DNA of 64,000 nt from Eledone cirrhosa (GCA_964016885.1 OZ024745.1:62682001-62746000); one strand, 5' to 3'. Positions 23,001-37,190 are shown, counted from the first letter of the stretch. Notes: generated by a model not told the origin, from the letters alone. Made by a program: numbers and translations.

Positions 23001-26000
23001 AACAGCAGCAGCAGCAACAACAACACTAGTAACCGATGCTACTGGCCTTGAAAATCGAAAAAAGTAAAGGAAAAAACAACAATGAAACAAAAAAAAACTA
23101 AGTCAGTCATTCAAACATTACGATGAAACATATGTTTATTTTTTTAAGTTTTCATCCATTTATTTGTTTATTTATTTATGTTCGACTACAGCGTGATGGT
23201 GCCACGCTAAAATCACCGGTGGTTATGTAACCATACATTCACCAATCCTCGATATGAGTGTTTAAATGTCGAACCTAAACAGTTCGAATAACGAAGGCAA
23301 ACGAGCCAGTGGGAAATGAAGGTGAAGAGGTTGAGAGACCTGAGGTAGCATCCGAAGCGGACAAAGATCTAAATGCTGAAATAAATAACATTTGGAACAA
23401 AGATACGGCCATTGAGGAAATTAATGCTGACGGGCTAGGACTAGTGGTAGGACTAGTGGTAGATGAAATGAACAATGATAGTGGGAACCTATTATTAGTA
23501 GACAGGAAAAAGTTAAAAGAAACAACAGCTAAGGTAAAAAATGTCATCCCATACCTTGAGGCGAGGAACCTTCACCAATGCAAAAATATCCTCAAAGCAA
23601 CAGCAAATGGGGTGAGGAAATTACTCGGCATAAAAACGAGAGGAAACAACAAACAAGAAAGATCAGAACATTGGTGGAAGAAACGACTGATTGGTCAAAT
23701 GAAGGAAATGAGAAATTACATTGGAAAGCTTGAATCTCTACTGAATGGACTGGAAATAAAGTACAAAACTAGGAGGAAAAAGCTAAATATCATCATAGAG
23801 TAACTGAAGCAACGCATTGTAGCAAAAAGTGCAAAGATTAGGCGGTATGAGAGCAGGGTCAGTCAGTATAGACATGTTGGACAACAACCAGAAGATGTTG
23901 TTTGGACAGCTTGAAGGGAAAGAAATAGGCAACGACTTGATCCCTGAGGCGGAACAGACTAAGACATTCTGGAGATGAATATGGGAGAAGGATGTTGAAC
24001 ATAATGATCAGGCAGTGTGGATTGAAACAGTACAAAAGGAGATTAGTGAACAAGCACACCAACAAACTGATTTGAGTATCACAGTTGAAACTCTTAAAAG
24101 GCAGGCCAAAAAACTAACCAACTGGAAATCACCAGGCCCAGATGGTGTGCAGGGGAATTGGATTACAAATATAACATCCCTCCACACGAAACTGACAACC
24201 ATGTTCAATGACTGCTTGATGTCGGGTGAGGTACCAGAGTGGTTGACAAAAGGTACCACAGTTCTGGTAATGAAAGACCGAATCAAGGGTAAAGATGTTA
24301 CCAGCTATAGACCTATCACATGTATGTCCGTAATGTGGAAACTGTTAACAAGCATTGCGTCTGAGGAAATCTACCATCACTTCCACATAAACAACTTGTT
24401 ACCGGACGAACAGGAAGGATGCCGAAAGAAGTCCCGTGGTACAAAAGACCAGTTACTTATTGATAAGATGGTAATGAGGAATTGCAAGAGGAGACACACT
24501 TGTCTTGCCATGGGATGGATAGAGTACAAAAAGGCATTTGACATGGTGCCTCATTCTTGGATCACCAAAAGCCTAGATATCTTCAAGGTGGTAGATAATA
24601 TCAGACTGTTGTTGAGCAAAAGTATGAAGTCCTGGAAAACAGAGTTAACATCGGGTGGTGATTCCTTGGGAGGCGTGAAGATCAAAAGAGGTATCTTCCA
24701 GGGAGATAGTTTGTCCCCTTTGTTGTTTGTCCTTGCCCTGATGGCCCTGACCATTATACTACATTATACTACACAAAATGAGAGTAGGATACAAGTTGGG
24801 AAAAGGAGAGCTTACCATCAACCACCTCCTCTTCATGGACGATCTTAAAATCTTTGGGATGTGTGAGAAGGAGTTGGATATGCTTGTTGACACTGTCCGT
24901 ATGTTCAGCAATGATATATGTATGCAATTTGGTATTAATAAGTGTGGAGACCTAGTGATGAAGAGGGGTAAATTGAGCAGAAGCAACGGAATCCAGGTAC
25001 CAACAAGTGAGATGATAATGGAAATTGACCCTGAAGAAGGATACCAATATTTAGGTGTTCTGGAGGCAGATGATATCAAGAACAAAAAAATGAAGGAATC
25101 GATAAGATCTTAGTACATTAGGAGAGTAATGAGCGTATTAAAATCATATCTAAATACTAGGAATATCATAAGTACAGTGAATTCCCGAGCTGTGTCTATT
25201 ATTAGGTACAGTGCGGGAATTCTGTAATGGAATGTTGCTGAACAAAAAGAAATGGATATGAAGACTAGGAAGCTATTGACTATCTACAACAAGCACAAGA
25301 GGAGTGATGTCGATAGATTCTACTAAAGAGATCTGAGGGTGGAAGAGGTCTTATCAGCATAGAGGACTGTGTTCAGTTGGAGAAAAACAACCTGCATAAA
25401 TACGTGACTGACAGTAGGGAGCGAATGCTCAGAATTGTACTGAAGGAGAGGACAATAGACCAGGGGATGTCCAAAGAGGAAATAACAAAAAGGAGGAAGA
25501 GCAACCTTCATGAAAAATACTTTCATAGTACCTTCTTTAAGAAAACTGAATTTAGAGATCCACAGACATGGAACTGATTCAAAAGAGACCTTACAAAGAC
25601 TACAGAAGAAAGCTAATGGCTGCGCAAGAGCAGGCCCGCAGAACGAAGTGGCTGAAACACCATATTTACAAGGAGGAGGAAAGCCTGGAGATATGATGTG
25701 ATGGGCAGGGTGATCCACTGGCACCTATGCAAAGTAAACAATTTACTACATTCTGAGAAGGGATATGAGCATTAGCCAGAGTCGGTGATGGAAAACGATC
25801 AGGTGAAGTTGCTATGGGAATTTAGGATACAGACGGACAAGAAACTGGAACACAATAGACCTGACCTGGTGGTTTTGGACAAGGAAAAAAGATCGTGCCT
25901 GATTGTGGATGTAGCCTGCCCATTCGACACAAGAGTGCAAGAGAAGGAAAGGGAAAAAATTAACCGATCCCAGAATTTAAAGTGGGAGGTAAAAAGGACT

Positions 26001-26217
26001 GTCATAGGTGCACTAGGTACTATCTCAAAGAGTTTCCAAGGATGGTTAAAGATAATTGGTCCCGCCCCGCATTTTGGAACACTTCAAAAAGCACGCTTGC
26101 TGGCAACAGCAAGAACCCTCCGATACGTCCTGAATATCTGAGGCTGCAGGTAGTGGCTTGATATTCATTTAAACAAACTTTCCAGTTAAATAACATCAAT
26201 GACTGAGACTCAAAGAA
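23001..26217 (+). mobile_element. Dong family A copy 4 (5' leader retained, internal deletions)
   Basis: Leader homologous to 1613-1912; ~360-bp deletion near 23292; RT ORF 24015-24848; RLE 25785-26141; TAA tail. Confidence 0.9.
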
Positions 26218-26227
26218 TAATAATAAA

Positions 26228-28678
26228 TCTCATAAATGGAAATATTCTGGTAGAGACAGGGTGCCAAATTTCTGGCTCTCCCCACTCCCGTGCACTCACA
26301 ATATATCGGTCAACCTGTTTAATGGAATTATGAAAGATCCAAAAAATACACCTGATTGGATAGCTATTGACATTACCTACCTTCTACCAAAGAACAACGA
26401 AACCAAAGATCCAAAAAACTATCGGCCATAACCTGCTTGTCCAACACTTATAAACCATTAACCTCTATTCTCATGGAAAAAGCATACGTGTTTTTGGAGG
26501 AGAAAAATCTTTTCCCCATTGAACAAAAAGGGTGCCGAGGAGGTTCATATGTTTGCAAAGATCAACTTTTGATTAATTGTATGATCCTTGAGAACTGTCA
26601 TAATAAACACAGAAATCTCAGTTCTGCATGGATCGATTATGAAAACGCCTTTGACAGCATACCACACTCATGGATTCTGAAATCACTGGACATCTTCAAA
26701 ATCTCACCTGTGATCTCAAACTTCCTGAAACACAATATGTCATTATGGAACACAAATCTCCAATTGTCACATTCGACTGTTGCACTGTGCTCTAGGAATA
26801 TAAACATCAACTGTGGTATATTCCAGGGTGACTCACTTTCACCCTTGCTTTTCTGCATAGCATTAATACCCCTTACATCCGAACTTAATAGAACAGGGTA
26901 CGGTTTTAGAATTGACAACAAAAAAATTAGCCACCTATTTTATACGAATGATTTGAAGCTATATTGCAAAGATAATGACGAACTGGAAGGCCTTTTGCGG
27001 ACAGTAAAAACGTTTAGCGATGACATCAGGATGGAGTTTGGACTTGACAAGTGTGCAAAAGCCACTTTCAAGTGGAGGAAGCTTGTCAACTCAGACTCAG
27101 TTGAAATGGATGCTGAAACAATCATAAAGGAACTTGAGCAGGAACAAACCTATAAATACTTAGGGATTAATGAGGCTGTGGCATACAGCATGCAAGTAGG
27201 AAAGCGAGGATAAGGAAAGAACGTTACAGGAGAGTACGTGCAGTTCTGTGATCAGAACTAAAAGCTCGTAACAAGGTGCTAGCCATAAATTCCTTGGCAG
27301 TTCCAGTCGTCACTTATAGCTTCGGTGTGTTGAACTGGAATATGAGTGAAATCAAAAGAATCGACACCAAATCCGTAAGCTACTGAACTGTAATAGGATG
27401 CACCACCCAAAAGCAGATGTGGATCGTCTTTACCTTCCTAGACCTCAAGGAGGCCGTGGCCTGATCCAATTTGAACTTGCTTACTAGACCACCATCATTG
27501 GACTGGCCAAATACCCTGAAACAACTAACGACTGTATGCTGAAACATGTTGAAAAGCATGAGAGAAGTAAGAAGCTTCATTCTATCTTGAAGGAGTGCAA
27601 CAAATATGCTACTGATCTCATGCTTGATACCCAGGCTGGACAGACTAAAGAAACTGTTGTAACTGATGCTGCTAGGCACATAAAATCACTGGCAAAAGCA
27701 AAAGGGCAATGACAATTAGTATCAAATTGGGAGCAGAAACCTCTGCATGACAAATATGTGGCCCGTAGCAAACAAACTCATGTTGACCAAAAGCACACCC
27801 ATCAGTGGCTGCGTAGTTCAGGGCTAAAGGCGGAGAGTGAAGGCTTCATCTTAGTTGTCCGAGGTCAAAGCTTATTGACTCATAATTACCAGGCCAATGT
27901 GATGAGAAACGGAATAAACCCAAAGTGCCGATTCAGCAATGCTGAGGTTGAAACAGTGGATCATTTAGTCTCTGGATGTAAAGTTTTAGCACCAGTAGAA
28001 TACAAATAAAGACATGACAGAGTTGGCCAATATCTACACTGGGTAATATGTCGGCGTTACAAAATCAAAGCTGAAGACAAGTGGTACAATCATCACCCTG
28101 AGGCTGTAACTGAAGGAGAACAAGTAACAATTCTCCGGGACTTTCCTGTACATACTGACAGGACCATAAAAGCAAATAGACCTGACATCATTGTAAAAGA
28201 TCAACATAACAAGTTCTGTTTATTGATAGATATGAGCATTCCATGTGATCACAATATCGCGGCAAAAGAATTTGACAAGCTACGAATATATAAATCTGCC
28301 TATTGAAATTGAGAAAATGTGGTACCTCAAGGCTGTTACAATACCAGTGATTGTGGGAGGACTGGGAATGATCAAGAAAGGAACAGAACAATATTTGCGA
28401 ATGATTTCTGGTTTACCCTCTCTGCACGAGGGGAAAAAAATTGTTTTGACTGGTACTGCACACGTATTGAGAAGAGCACTATCTCTGTAAGATTTATATC
28501 CCTCCTTGTATTTACATATGCATATGCACATGTGTATATATGTATACTGTGTTTTTTTTTATTATAATCAATGTGCTGTATTAATTGGCTTACCAATGCA
28601 CACTGTGAATTTATTTGCCCTAGGTGTCAGGAAGACACTCGGCATATATCTCAGAAACAATAATGAAAGAAAATAAAA

Positions 28679-28680
<2 letters not shown>
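26228..28680 (+). mobile_element. R4/Dong-clade LINE family B, 5'-truncated
   Basis: CKDQLLIN, GIFQGDSLSP, HLFYTNDLK, YKYLG, ETVDHLVSGC, RPDII, terminal TAHVLRRALSL*. Nucleotide sequence is distinct from family A; (TAA)n tail at 28681-28723. Confidence 0.9.
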
Positions 28681-28724
<44 letters not shown>

Positions 28725-28973
28725 CTTTGTTTATTAATCACAAGGGTCTACATAAAGTAGACATTAGGGACAGTACAGGACAATACAGGGCGGTACAAAT
28801 GGGTATTGCTGCGTGTAAAAAACAAGAAACAAAGGATGTAATAATAGAACAATGAAAAAATTCCACAATAGGGGGGAGACCTTCGATGGACATACGTGGA
28901 GAAAGCCCATTAAAAAGCCACAGTGACCCTGACCACCAGGGCAAGTGCCCTCTCCCAGTTTTCCACCTTTAAT

Positions 28974-31973
28974 TTACAGACACATACTCAGAGTAGGCCC
29001 ATTCACTGGGGCCATTCTTGCCTCTCTCACCTATCTTTCAACAAAATGCTGGGAAGAGAGCACTTCCCTTTCTAGCCTGATTTTCCTTTTTAAATGAAAT
29101 TTGAAAAAGTTAATCAAGGCATCACCGAAGAGGCAAGTGCTCGTATTCAGCCCTTTCAAACGTGTCCACCATACTATCTCTTTCGCCATGGCCACTAGAC
29201 AGATAAAAACTGCCTGCCCTTCCCGGCTAAAGGAGGAGGACGGGGCAATCCTCACGATGGACTCAGCTGATAGCTGGATCCGTCCTACACGCGACAGCAG
29301 GTGTTCGACATAAACCCACAAGTCAGCAATGGTCGCACATTGGACGAGTGCGGGCAGGACGGTTTCGTCGCCCTGCGCGCATCTCGGACATGCCCGGCTG
29401 ACGGCACCTCCATGCCTGTAGAGTTTATCCCGAACTGGCAAAGCTCCTCGGTAGCACCGCCAGGCCAGGGATTTCTGGAAGTTGTCCATAGGCTCCGACC
29501 CGAAATTCTTCCGAAGAGATTGGCTAGTTGATTTTCGTCGACGCCTAGAGTTTCCCCAAGTACGTCGTCGCTCTTCCCCTCCACTAATCCTCTATAGAAC
29601 GCCAAGGTGGAGTTTCCACCGATAACATTGCCCGATTGGTCGAGGGCTGTGAGCGCCTGAAGACATTCCAGTCTCCAAGCGATCCCCCTCGGCCTTCGCT
29701 TGACCCAGGACTGCAGCTCCGTCAAGGAGACGAGCTGGGGAAAGACGCGTCTAGCAAACGAGACCACACCTCATCCCGTCTAGGAAGAGGTGGAGATGTC
29801 GTAGCCTGAGCGCGTGTCTGCGCATCATCAGCCACGGCATACCCAGCCCTCCACGTAGCGGGTGTTGACAGCAGATGGACCGCCTGACCATCGGAGCGCG
29901 TCGCTTCCACAAAAAGCGAAAGATCAAACGCTCCAGCGCAGTCAGGCGGGGCTTAGGACAAGGTACGACGGTCAGGCGGTAGTAGATGACGGACGCGATG
30001 TACGCGTTATCCACCTCCGCTCGACCTTTCAGGGATAGCTTCTCGGCCCATTTCTGGGTGAGAGAAGCCACCTTGTCCCAGTTTTTCTCCGTCTGGTGAT
30101 CCGGACCGAACCAAGCCCCGAGCAATTTAACTGGTCCGTCCGTCCAGCGCTCGACGACGCTGTTGGATGGCATGGACCTGCCTCTCCAGGTGCCGAGCTG
30201 CAGGCCCACTGACTTTTCCTGGTTGATCATTGCTCCTGTCACCGCTTCGTATTCTCTTCGTGTAGTGCCGATCGCCTCGATGTGTTTGGCGTTCGACACC
30301 ACTACGGTGACATCGTCCGCATAGGCTGACACGGATCTTCCGCATCCTAGTTCGCGCCGGACCCCCTCAACGTCTCCAGTTTGTGCAGTAATCGCTCGAG
30401 AGTCAATACGTACAAGAGGGACGAGAATGGATATCCTTGGTGGGCCGAGCGCATGATGTTGAACGGTTCCGAAAGGTGACCGTTCACTCTCACCACAGAG
30501 CAGATGTCGCTGTGCATGGCAGTGATCCAGGCTCTGAAGACGGGCCCAAATCCAGCCGCCCTCAGGACTGCCGCCAGGTAATGATGGTCGACCCTATCGA
30601 AAGCTTTCGACTGATATAAATTGATCAAGGACCCACCCGTGCCAGGTTCCCTAGCTACCCTCTCTACGATGTATCGCATGAGGTGGAGGTTGTCGTGGAT
30701 GGATCTGTCGGGAATGGCGCATGTCTGCGCCTCTCCCACCAGACCACCAACGACAAGCGCCAACCTCTTTGCTAGCACCTTGGCCAAAATGTTGAACACT
30801 GTGTTTAGCAGAGTTATGGGCCCGTCGTGGTCCACCGAAGACCGGATCGTGGCTTTGTTGCCACGACGTGCCTCCGCCACTCGAGCCCATTGAACGGCTT
30901 TCGTCCCCTCGTGTCTGAGAGCACGCACCCTAGCTCTGACACGCAGCCTTCGTGCTTTGCATTGAAGAATTGGTCAAGGGCCAATTTCGCCGCAAGTACA
31001 TCGGTCGCGATGCCTTTGCTAAGCGCCTCGTCTAATTTTCTAACTAATTCTCCCTCTGCTCTATTTTTCTCTATTGCTAAAGCTTTACTAAACCTAATGG
31101 ACTCTATTCTAATTGCTCTTTTCAGAGCAAACCACCACTTGTTGTTGACGATGGCCCTCGTCAACGCCCGCTTAACTAGTTCGCTAATCCGGTCTCTGTA
31201 GGCCTTGCACGCTGGTAAGGACGCGTTTAGCTTCCAGTAGCCGGGTCCTCGTCTATGAAGCCTATCTAAGTCAAGCACACAGATCACGAATGTGTGGTCC
31301 GTGTAGCTGACTATCTTGAATTGTGGACAGCCTATGCTAGACCTATCTATTTCTCTACTAAATACTCTATCTAGATATGATCTGGATGACCCTATGCGAT
31401 TTGTCCAAGTCCACATTGGCACATTCGGGAAATCCAATAGGTACCTGTCAGACAGTTAAAACGCCTAAGCAGGTTGGTGAGGCTCTTGCACCCTCCTCTC
31501 CTATCCGCTAATCCCACACAGTCCCAGCGTGCATCTAAGATCCCGTTCCAGTCTCCCACTAACACTAAAGAGCGGGACGTTCCAAGAAAGGTCTCCAGAC
31601 GCCGGACGAAATCAGGCCACCCTGCTCCTGTCGGGGCATAGACGGCCACTAGCCTGAAAGCTTGCCCGTCTCCGCTGGTCACGTCTAGCACCACCAACTT
31701 ACCTTCTGGGTCCAGGAAGATGGCCCGTATGGCGAGATCCAAACCTCTCCGAAAAAGCACAGCAATTACTCCACCCGATCCTGGACGGCTGGGAGATGCG
31801 TACACATCGTAGCCGCCGAAGATCGGTGCGAAGGCCCGTGCTTCGGAGATTCTGGTCTCGCTGATGGCCACCACATCTATGTTTAGTGACCTGAGGTCGT
31901 TGAGCAGGTGGCCCTGCTTCCATGATGACCCCAAGCCACGCGCATTTGTGCTGCCCATTCTGAGTGATGTCAT
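28974..31973 (-). pseudogene. Tx1-like ORF2: APE endonuclease, RT and zf-RVT
   Basis: STNARGL, AISET, VYAP, GDWN, SYLDR, YTDH, YWKLN, KAFDRVDH, AYADD, CPRC..ETV; frameshifts and a deletion near 30830. Confidence 0.88.
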
Positions 31974-32012
31974 GTTGAAATGGAATGGAAAAGATGGGAA
32001 AGACCACTTACC

Positions 32013-33963
32013 TTACTTCTCGTAGAGGAAGAATGGTTTCTCCATCCTTTTCACTGCTTGTGGCCTCCTCTGGAAGGATGTTCTTATAAATCCTCCGATG
32101 TCTTTGGGGAATTTTTGTTTTAGAGTCGTGTACGTTTTCTGTGTGATGCGGGTGATTTGTATGTGTGGAGGTGGTGTGAAATGTTGGGTTGTTGTGTAGT
32201 CTTTTTCTGTGAAGCTGGTGTTGTGTTGCATGTAGTGTAATAATTGGTTGTTGTTCAAATTTAATGCTGTATAGTGTGTATCGTTTTGGTTGTTTTGTTT
32301 TGTTTGAATTTGTTGTGGGTTTGTTTCTGTTACGCTTTTTGGTGACTTTTGTGGTGTTGGTGATGGTGGTGTTGCGGTTAATGATGGTGTTAGTGTTTGT
32401 GGTGATGAGGTTGGTGATGCTGGTGTGGATGGTGGCATATCTGTCCTAACTTTTTTGTTTGATAGTTTATTTGTTTCCCTCTGTATTTTGTTTCTGGATG
32501 GGGATGGAAGAGAATTTTTTCTTTTTTGGTTTCTTTTTTTCTTTTTTCCTGATACCGTTTCCCACTCCTCGTCGTCACAATCTGTCTCCAGTTGTGATAG
32601 GCCGGGGAGTGGAAAATCCTCCACATGCGTTGGTTTTGGTTGTGGCGTGGTTGATGGTGTAGGCGCTGGTGCTAGTTCTGGCGCGTTGGGTGGTTGTGGT
32701 GTTGGTTTTGCTACTGTTGCTGGGGTTGTTGCTGTTACAGTCGCTTCTGTTGTTGCTGCTACAGTTGTTGCTGCCATCTCTGATTCTGGTTGTGTTGATG
32801 GTTGAGTCACTGGGGTGGGTAAGAGAGGTGGCCTTAAGTTTTTAGCCTGAAGGCAGAACGCCCTTAGGTGGGTTCCTTCACCACAAACGACACACCTAGG
32901 TCTTCTGCCCTCGACGATTACGGTGAGGTGGCTGCCGTCAGTGAGGTCTATTACCTCTGGGATCTCCTCAATGCTTTTATGGTCCGCTTGGATCAGGAGC
33001 TCCATCCCAGATCCGGACCAGTTCTCCTGCTTTTCTTTCGCTATTTCAATTATCTTGGTGTTGGCCTCGATGTCGGCGAGGAGGGCAGCCATTAGTCAGG
33101 GAATTTCGATGGCCGGTGGAACGTGGGTCACCCTGATCTTCACAAGTCTCTGGCTGGCCACAATAGCTTGGGACGAGTGTGAAGTCGTCACTTCTTAATG
33201 GGGCCATGAAGTGTTCTCTGGCCTCCTGTGGTGTTTCAAAGAACACGTCCACGTTTCCACACTTCTGCCCACGTCTGATGTGGGGTTTTTTGCCCACACA
33301 TGTCCCAAAGTTTTTTGGATTTGGGACACGGATGCCCGTTCCACTCGGCGCGATTTTATGTTAATTGTCCGATGAGACACGGTGCATAGGCGACGTTGCT
33401 CCATTTTATTAGGTGTGGGGCGGGGCGCGGGGGGGGGGGGGGGGGGGGCTAACCCTGTACCCATCTTTCTTTACCATTCTTTAGGCTTCTTCTAATTCCT
33501 CCTGAGTTACCTGGATCGCTTCGCACGTTTTTGCTACTCTGGCAAAACTCAGGGTAGTTTTCTTAATTTCATTGTTGCTGTTGTTGTTATCGTTATTTTT
33601 GCTATTGTTAATTTTAGTTTCAGTTGTGGTGGTGGTGGTGGCGTCAGTGGTGTTCGGTGTGGAAGAGTTAATTTTGGTTGAATTCATTTCGATATCACGA
33701 GTTAATTTATTTTTTTCTTTTGTTTCTGTTGTCGCTGTGGTGGTGGTGGGGGTGGTGGTTGTCGCGGTGGTGGTGGTGGTGGTGGTGGCGGCTTTAACAC
33801 CTGCAGTCATTGGTAATGGCGGGAAATGAACGTCTGTCTGAGACAAATTTAAAATATTGCTACTGCTTACATTTCCAGTGTTGGCAAACGTAGCAATATT
33901 TACAATGGTGGTGTCGGTGTGAGGTGTTAGCTTGTGAGGAAGGAGTGACTCTGAGACAGCCAT
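32013..33963 (-). pseudogene. Tx1-like ORF1 (gag-like CCHC knuckle)
   Basis: Thr-rich N-terminus, SFARVAK motif, CVVCGEGTHLRAFC knuckle, Pro/Thr-rich tail, EEWETVSGKKKKR; split by frameshifts. Confidence 0.78.
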
Positions 33964-34190
33964 GATTTTTCAAAGAAAAATTTTTGTTTGATAAGGCCCA
34001 AATATATTTGAGTGTCCTTTTCAAAAATCAATGTATGTGCACTTATATGTAGTTAACAATAAAATCTTTCCATAAATGGCTATTTTAAACAACTGAAAAT
34101 AACAAACCTTTGCGGAGCTCACGATAATACGATTTACTACGTAGGTCGCCAATAATAATAATGATAATAATAATAATAATAATAATAATA

Positions 34191-37147
34191 CGGTCATTGA
34201 GGAAATGAATGCTGACGGGCTAGGACAAGATTTGGTTGATATCCTAAAGTTAGTGGTAGATGAAATGAACAATGATAGTGGGAAACCTATGAACCTAAGT
34301 TTTGTAGACAGGAAAAAGTTAAAAGAATCAACAACTAAGGTAAACAAAGTCATACCATAACTTGAGGCGAGGAGCCTTCACCAGTGCAACAATATCCTCA
34401 AAGCAACAGCAAATGCGGTGAGGAAATTACTTAGCAAAAAATTTAGAGGAAACAACAAACAAGAAAGATCAGAACCTTGGTGGAAGAAACGACTGAATGG
34501 TCAAATCAAGGAAATGAGAAATGACATTGGAAAGCTTGAGTCCCTACTGAATGGGACACTAAAAAAACATAGAAACTAAAAATAAACTGGAAATAAAGTA
34601 CAAAACTAGGAGGAAAAACTAAATATTATCATAGACGAACTGAAGCAACGCATTGTAGCAATAAGTGTAACAATTTGGCGATACGAGAGCAGAGTCAGTC
34701 AGTATAGACAGAACCGCATGTTTGACAACAACCAGATGTTGTTTGGACAGCTTGAAGGGAAATAAAGAGGCAACGACTTGATCCCTAAGGCGGAACCAAC
34801 TAAGACATTCTGGAGAGGAGTATGGGAGCAGGATATTAAACATAATGACCAGGAAGTGTGGCTTGAGACAGTACCAAATGAGATAAGTGAACAAGCACAC
34901 CAACAAACTGATTTGAGTATCACAGTTGAAATTATTAAGGGGCAGGCCAGAAAACTAACCAACTGGAAATCACCAGGCCCAGATGGTGTGCAGGGGTATT
35001 GGATTACAAATATAACATCCCTCCACCCGGAACTGACTACCATGTTCAATGACTGCTTGATGTCAGGTGAGGTACCAGAGTGGTTGACTAAAGGTACCAC
35101 AGTTCTGGTAATGAAAGACCGAATCAAGGGTAATGATGTTACCAACTATAGACCGATCACATGTCTGTCTGTAATGGGGAAACTGTTAAAAAGCATTGCG
35201 TCTGAGGAAATCTACCATCACCTCCACATAAACACCTTGTTACCGGACGAACAGAAATGATGCCGAAAGAAGTCCCGTGGTACAAAAGACCAGTTACTTA
35301 TTGATAAGATGGTAATGAGGAATTGCAAGAGGAGACACACTTGTCTTGCCATGGGATGGATAGAGTACAAAAAGGAATTTGGCATGGTGCCTCATTCTTG
35401 GATCACCAAAAGCCTAGAGATCGTCAAGGTGGTAGATAATATCAGACAGTTGTTGAGCAAAAGTATGAAGTCCTGGAAAACAGAGTTAACATCGGCTGGA
35501 GAATCCTTGGGAGGCGTGAAGATCAAGAGAGGTATCTTCCAGAGAGATAGTCTGTCCCCCTCTGTTGTTTGTCCTTGCCCTGATGTCCCTGACCATTATA
35601 CTGCGTAAAGTGAGAGCAGGATAGAAGTTGGGAAAGGGAGAGCCTACCATCATTCACCTCCTCTTCATGGACGATCTTAAGCTCTTCGGGCAGAGTGAGA
35701 AGGAGCTGGATGTGCTTGTTGACACTGTCCGTATTTTAGGCAATGATATATGTATACAATTTGGTTTAAGTAAGTGTGGAGACCTTGTGATGAAGAGGGG
35801 TAAATTGAGCAGAAGCAACGGAATTTAGGTACCAACAGGTGAGATGATAAAGGAAAGTGACACTGAAGAAGGATACTAATATTTAGGTGGTCTGGAGGCT
35901 GATGACATCGAGAACAAAAAATGAAGGAATTGATAAGATCTGAATACATTCGGAGGGTAAGGAACGTATTAAAATCACATCTGAACAGTAGGAATGCCAT
36001 AAGTGCAGTCAATTCCCGAGCTGCGTCTATTATTAGGTACAGTGCGGGAATTCTGAGATGGAATATTGCTGAACAAAAAGAAATGGATAGGAAGACTAGG
36101 AAGCTATTGACTATCTATAACATGTTCCACAGGAGGAGTGATGTCGATAGACTCTACTTAAGGAGATCTGAAGGTGGAAGAGGTCTTATCAGCATAGAGG
36201 GCTCTGTTGAGATGGAGAAAAACAACCTATACAAATACGTGACTGATAATAGGGAGCCAGAATTGTACTGAAGGAGAGGACAATAGACCAGGGGATGTCC
36301 AAGGAGGAAATAACAACAAAGGGAAAGAGCAACCTTAATGAACAATCCCTTCATAGTACCTTCTTTGAGAAAGCTGAATTCAGAGATCCACAGACATTGA
36401 ACTGGTGGAAAAGAGGAGACCTTAAAAAGGCTACAGAAGGAATGCTAATGGCTGCGCAAGAGCAGGCCCTCAAAACGAAGGAGGCTAACCCACTCTGTAG
36501 TATATGTGGAGTGAGAGAGGAGACTGTGGCTCATATTGTATCCGAGTGTAAACACCTAGCCCAGACTCACTATAAAGGCTGGAGACATGATGTGATGGGC
36601 AGGGTGATCCACTGGCACCTATGCAAAGTAAACAATTTACCACATTCTGAGAAGTGGTATGAGCATAAGCCAGAGTCAGTGATAGAAAACGATCAGGTGA
36701 AGGTGCTGTGGGATTTTAGGATACAGACGGATAAGAAACTGGAACACAATAGACCTGACCTGGTGGTTTTGGACAAGGAAAAAAGATCGTGCCTAATTTT
36801 GGATGTAGCCTGCCCATTCGACACGAGAGTGCAAGAGAAGGAGAGGGAGAAAATTAACCGATCCCAGGACTTAAAGTGGGAGGTAAAAAGGATTTGGAAC
36901 TGCCATGAAGTCAAAGTGGTCCCGATTGTTATAGGCGCACGAGGTACTATCTCAAAGAGTTTCCAAGGATGGTTAAAGAAAATTGGTCCCGCCCCGCTTT
37001 TTGGAACACTTCAAAAGGCACGCTTGCTGGGAACAGCAAGAACCCTCCGATACGTCCTGAATATCTGAGGCTGCAGGTAGTGGCTTGATATTCATTTCAA
37101 CAAACTTTCCAGTTAAATAACATCAATGACTCTGAGACTCAAAGAAC
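34191..37147 (+). mobile_element. Dong family A copy 5, 5'-truncated
   Basis: NWKSPGPDG, NYRPITCL, LFMDDLK, CSICGVREETVAHIVSEC, RHD, RPDLVV; TAA flanks. Confidence 0.92.
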
Positions 37148-37190
37148 AATAATAATAATAATAATAATAATGTTCTCTTTAATAATAATA

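Larger units (their letters stand above)
28724..34150 (-). mobile_element. Tx1-like (L1 superfamily) LINE family 1, both ends present, decayed
   Basis: Two-ORF layout, AATAAA just before an (ATT)n tail, 5' end ATT|GGCGACC, (TAA)n on both sides. Confidence 0.88.
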
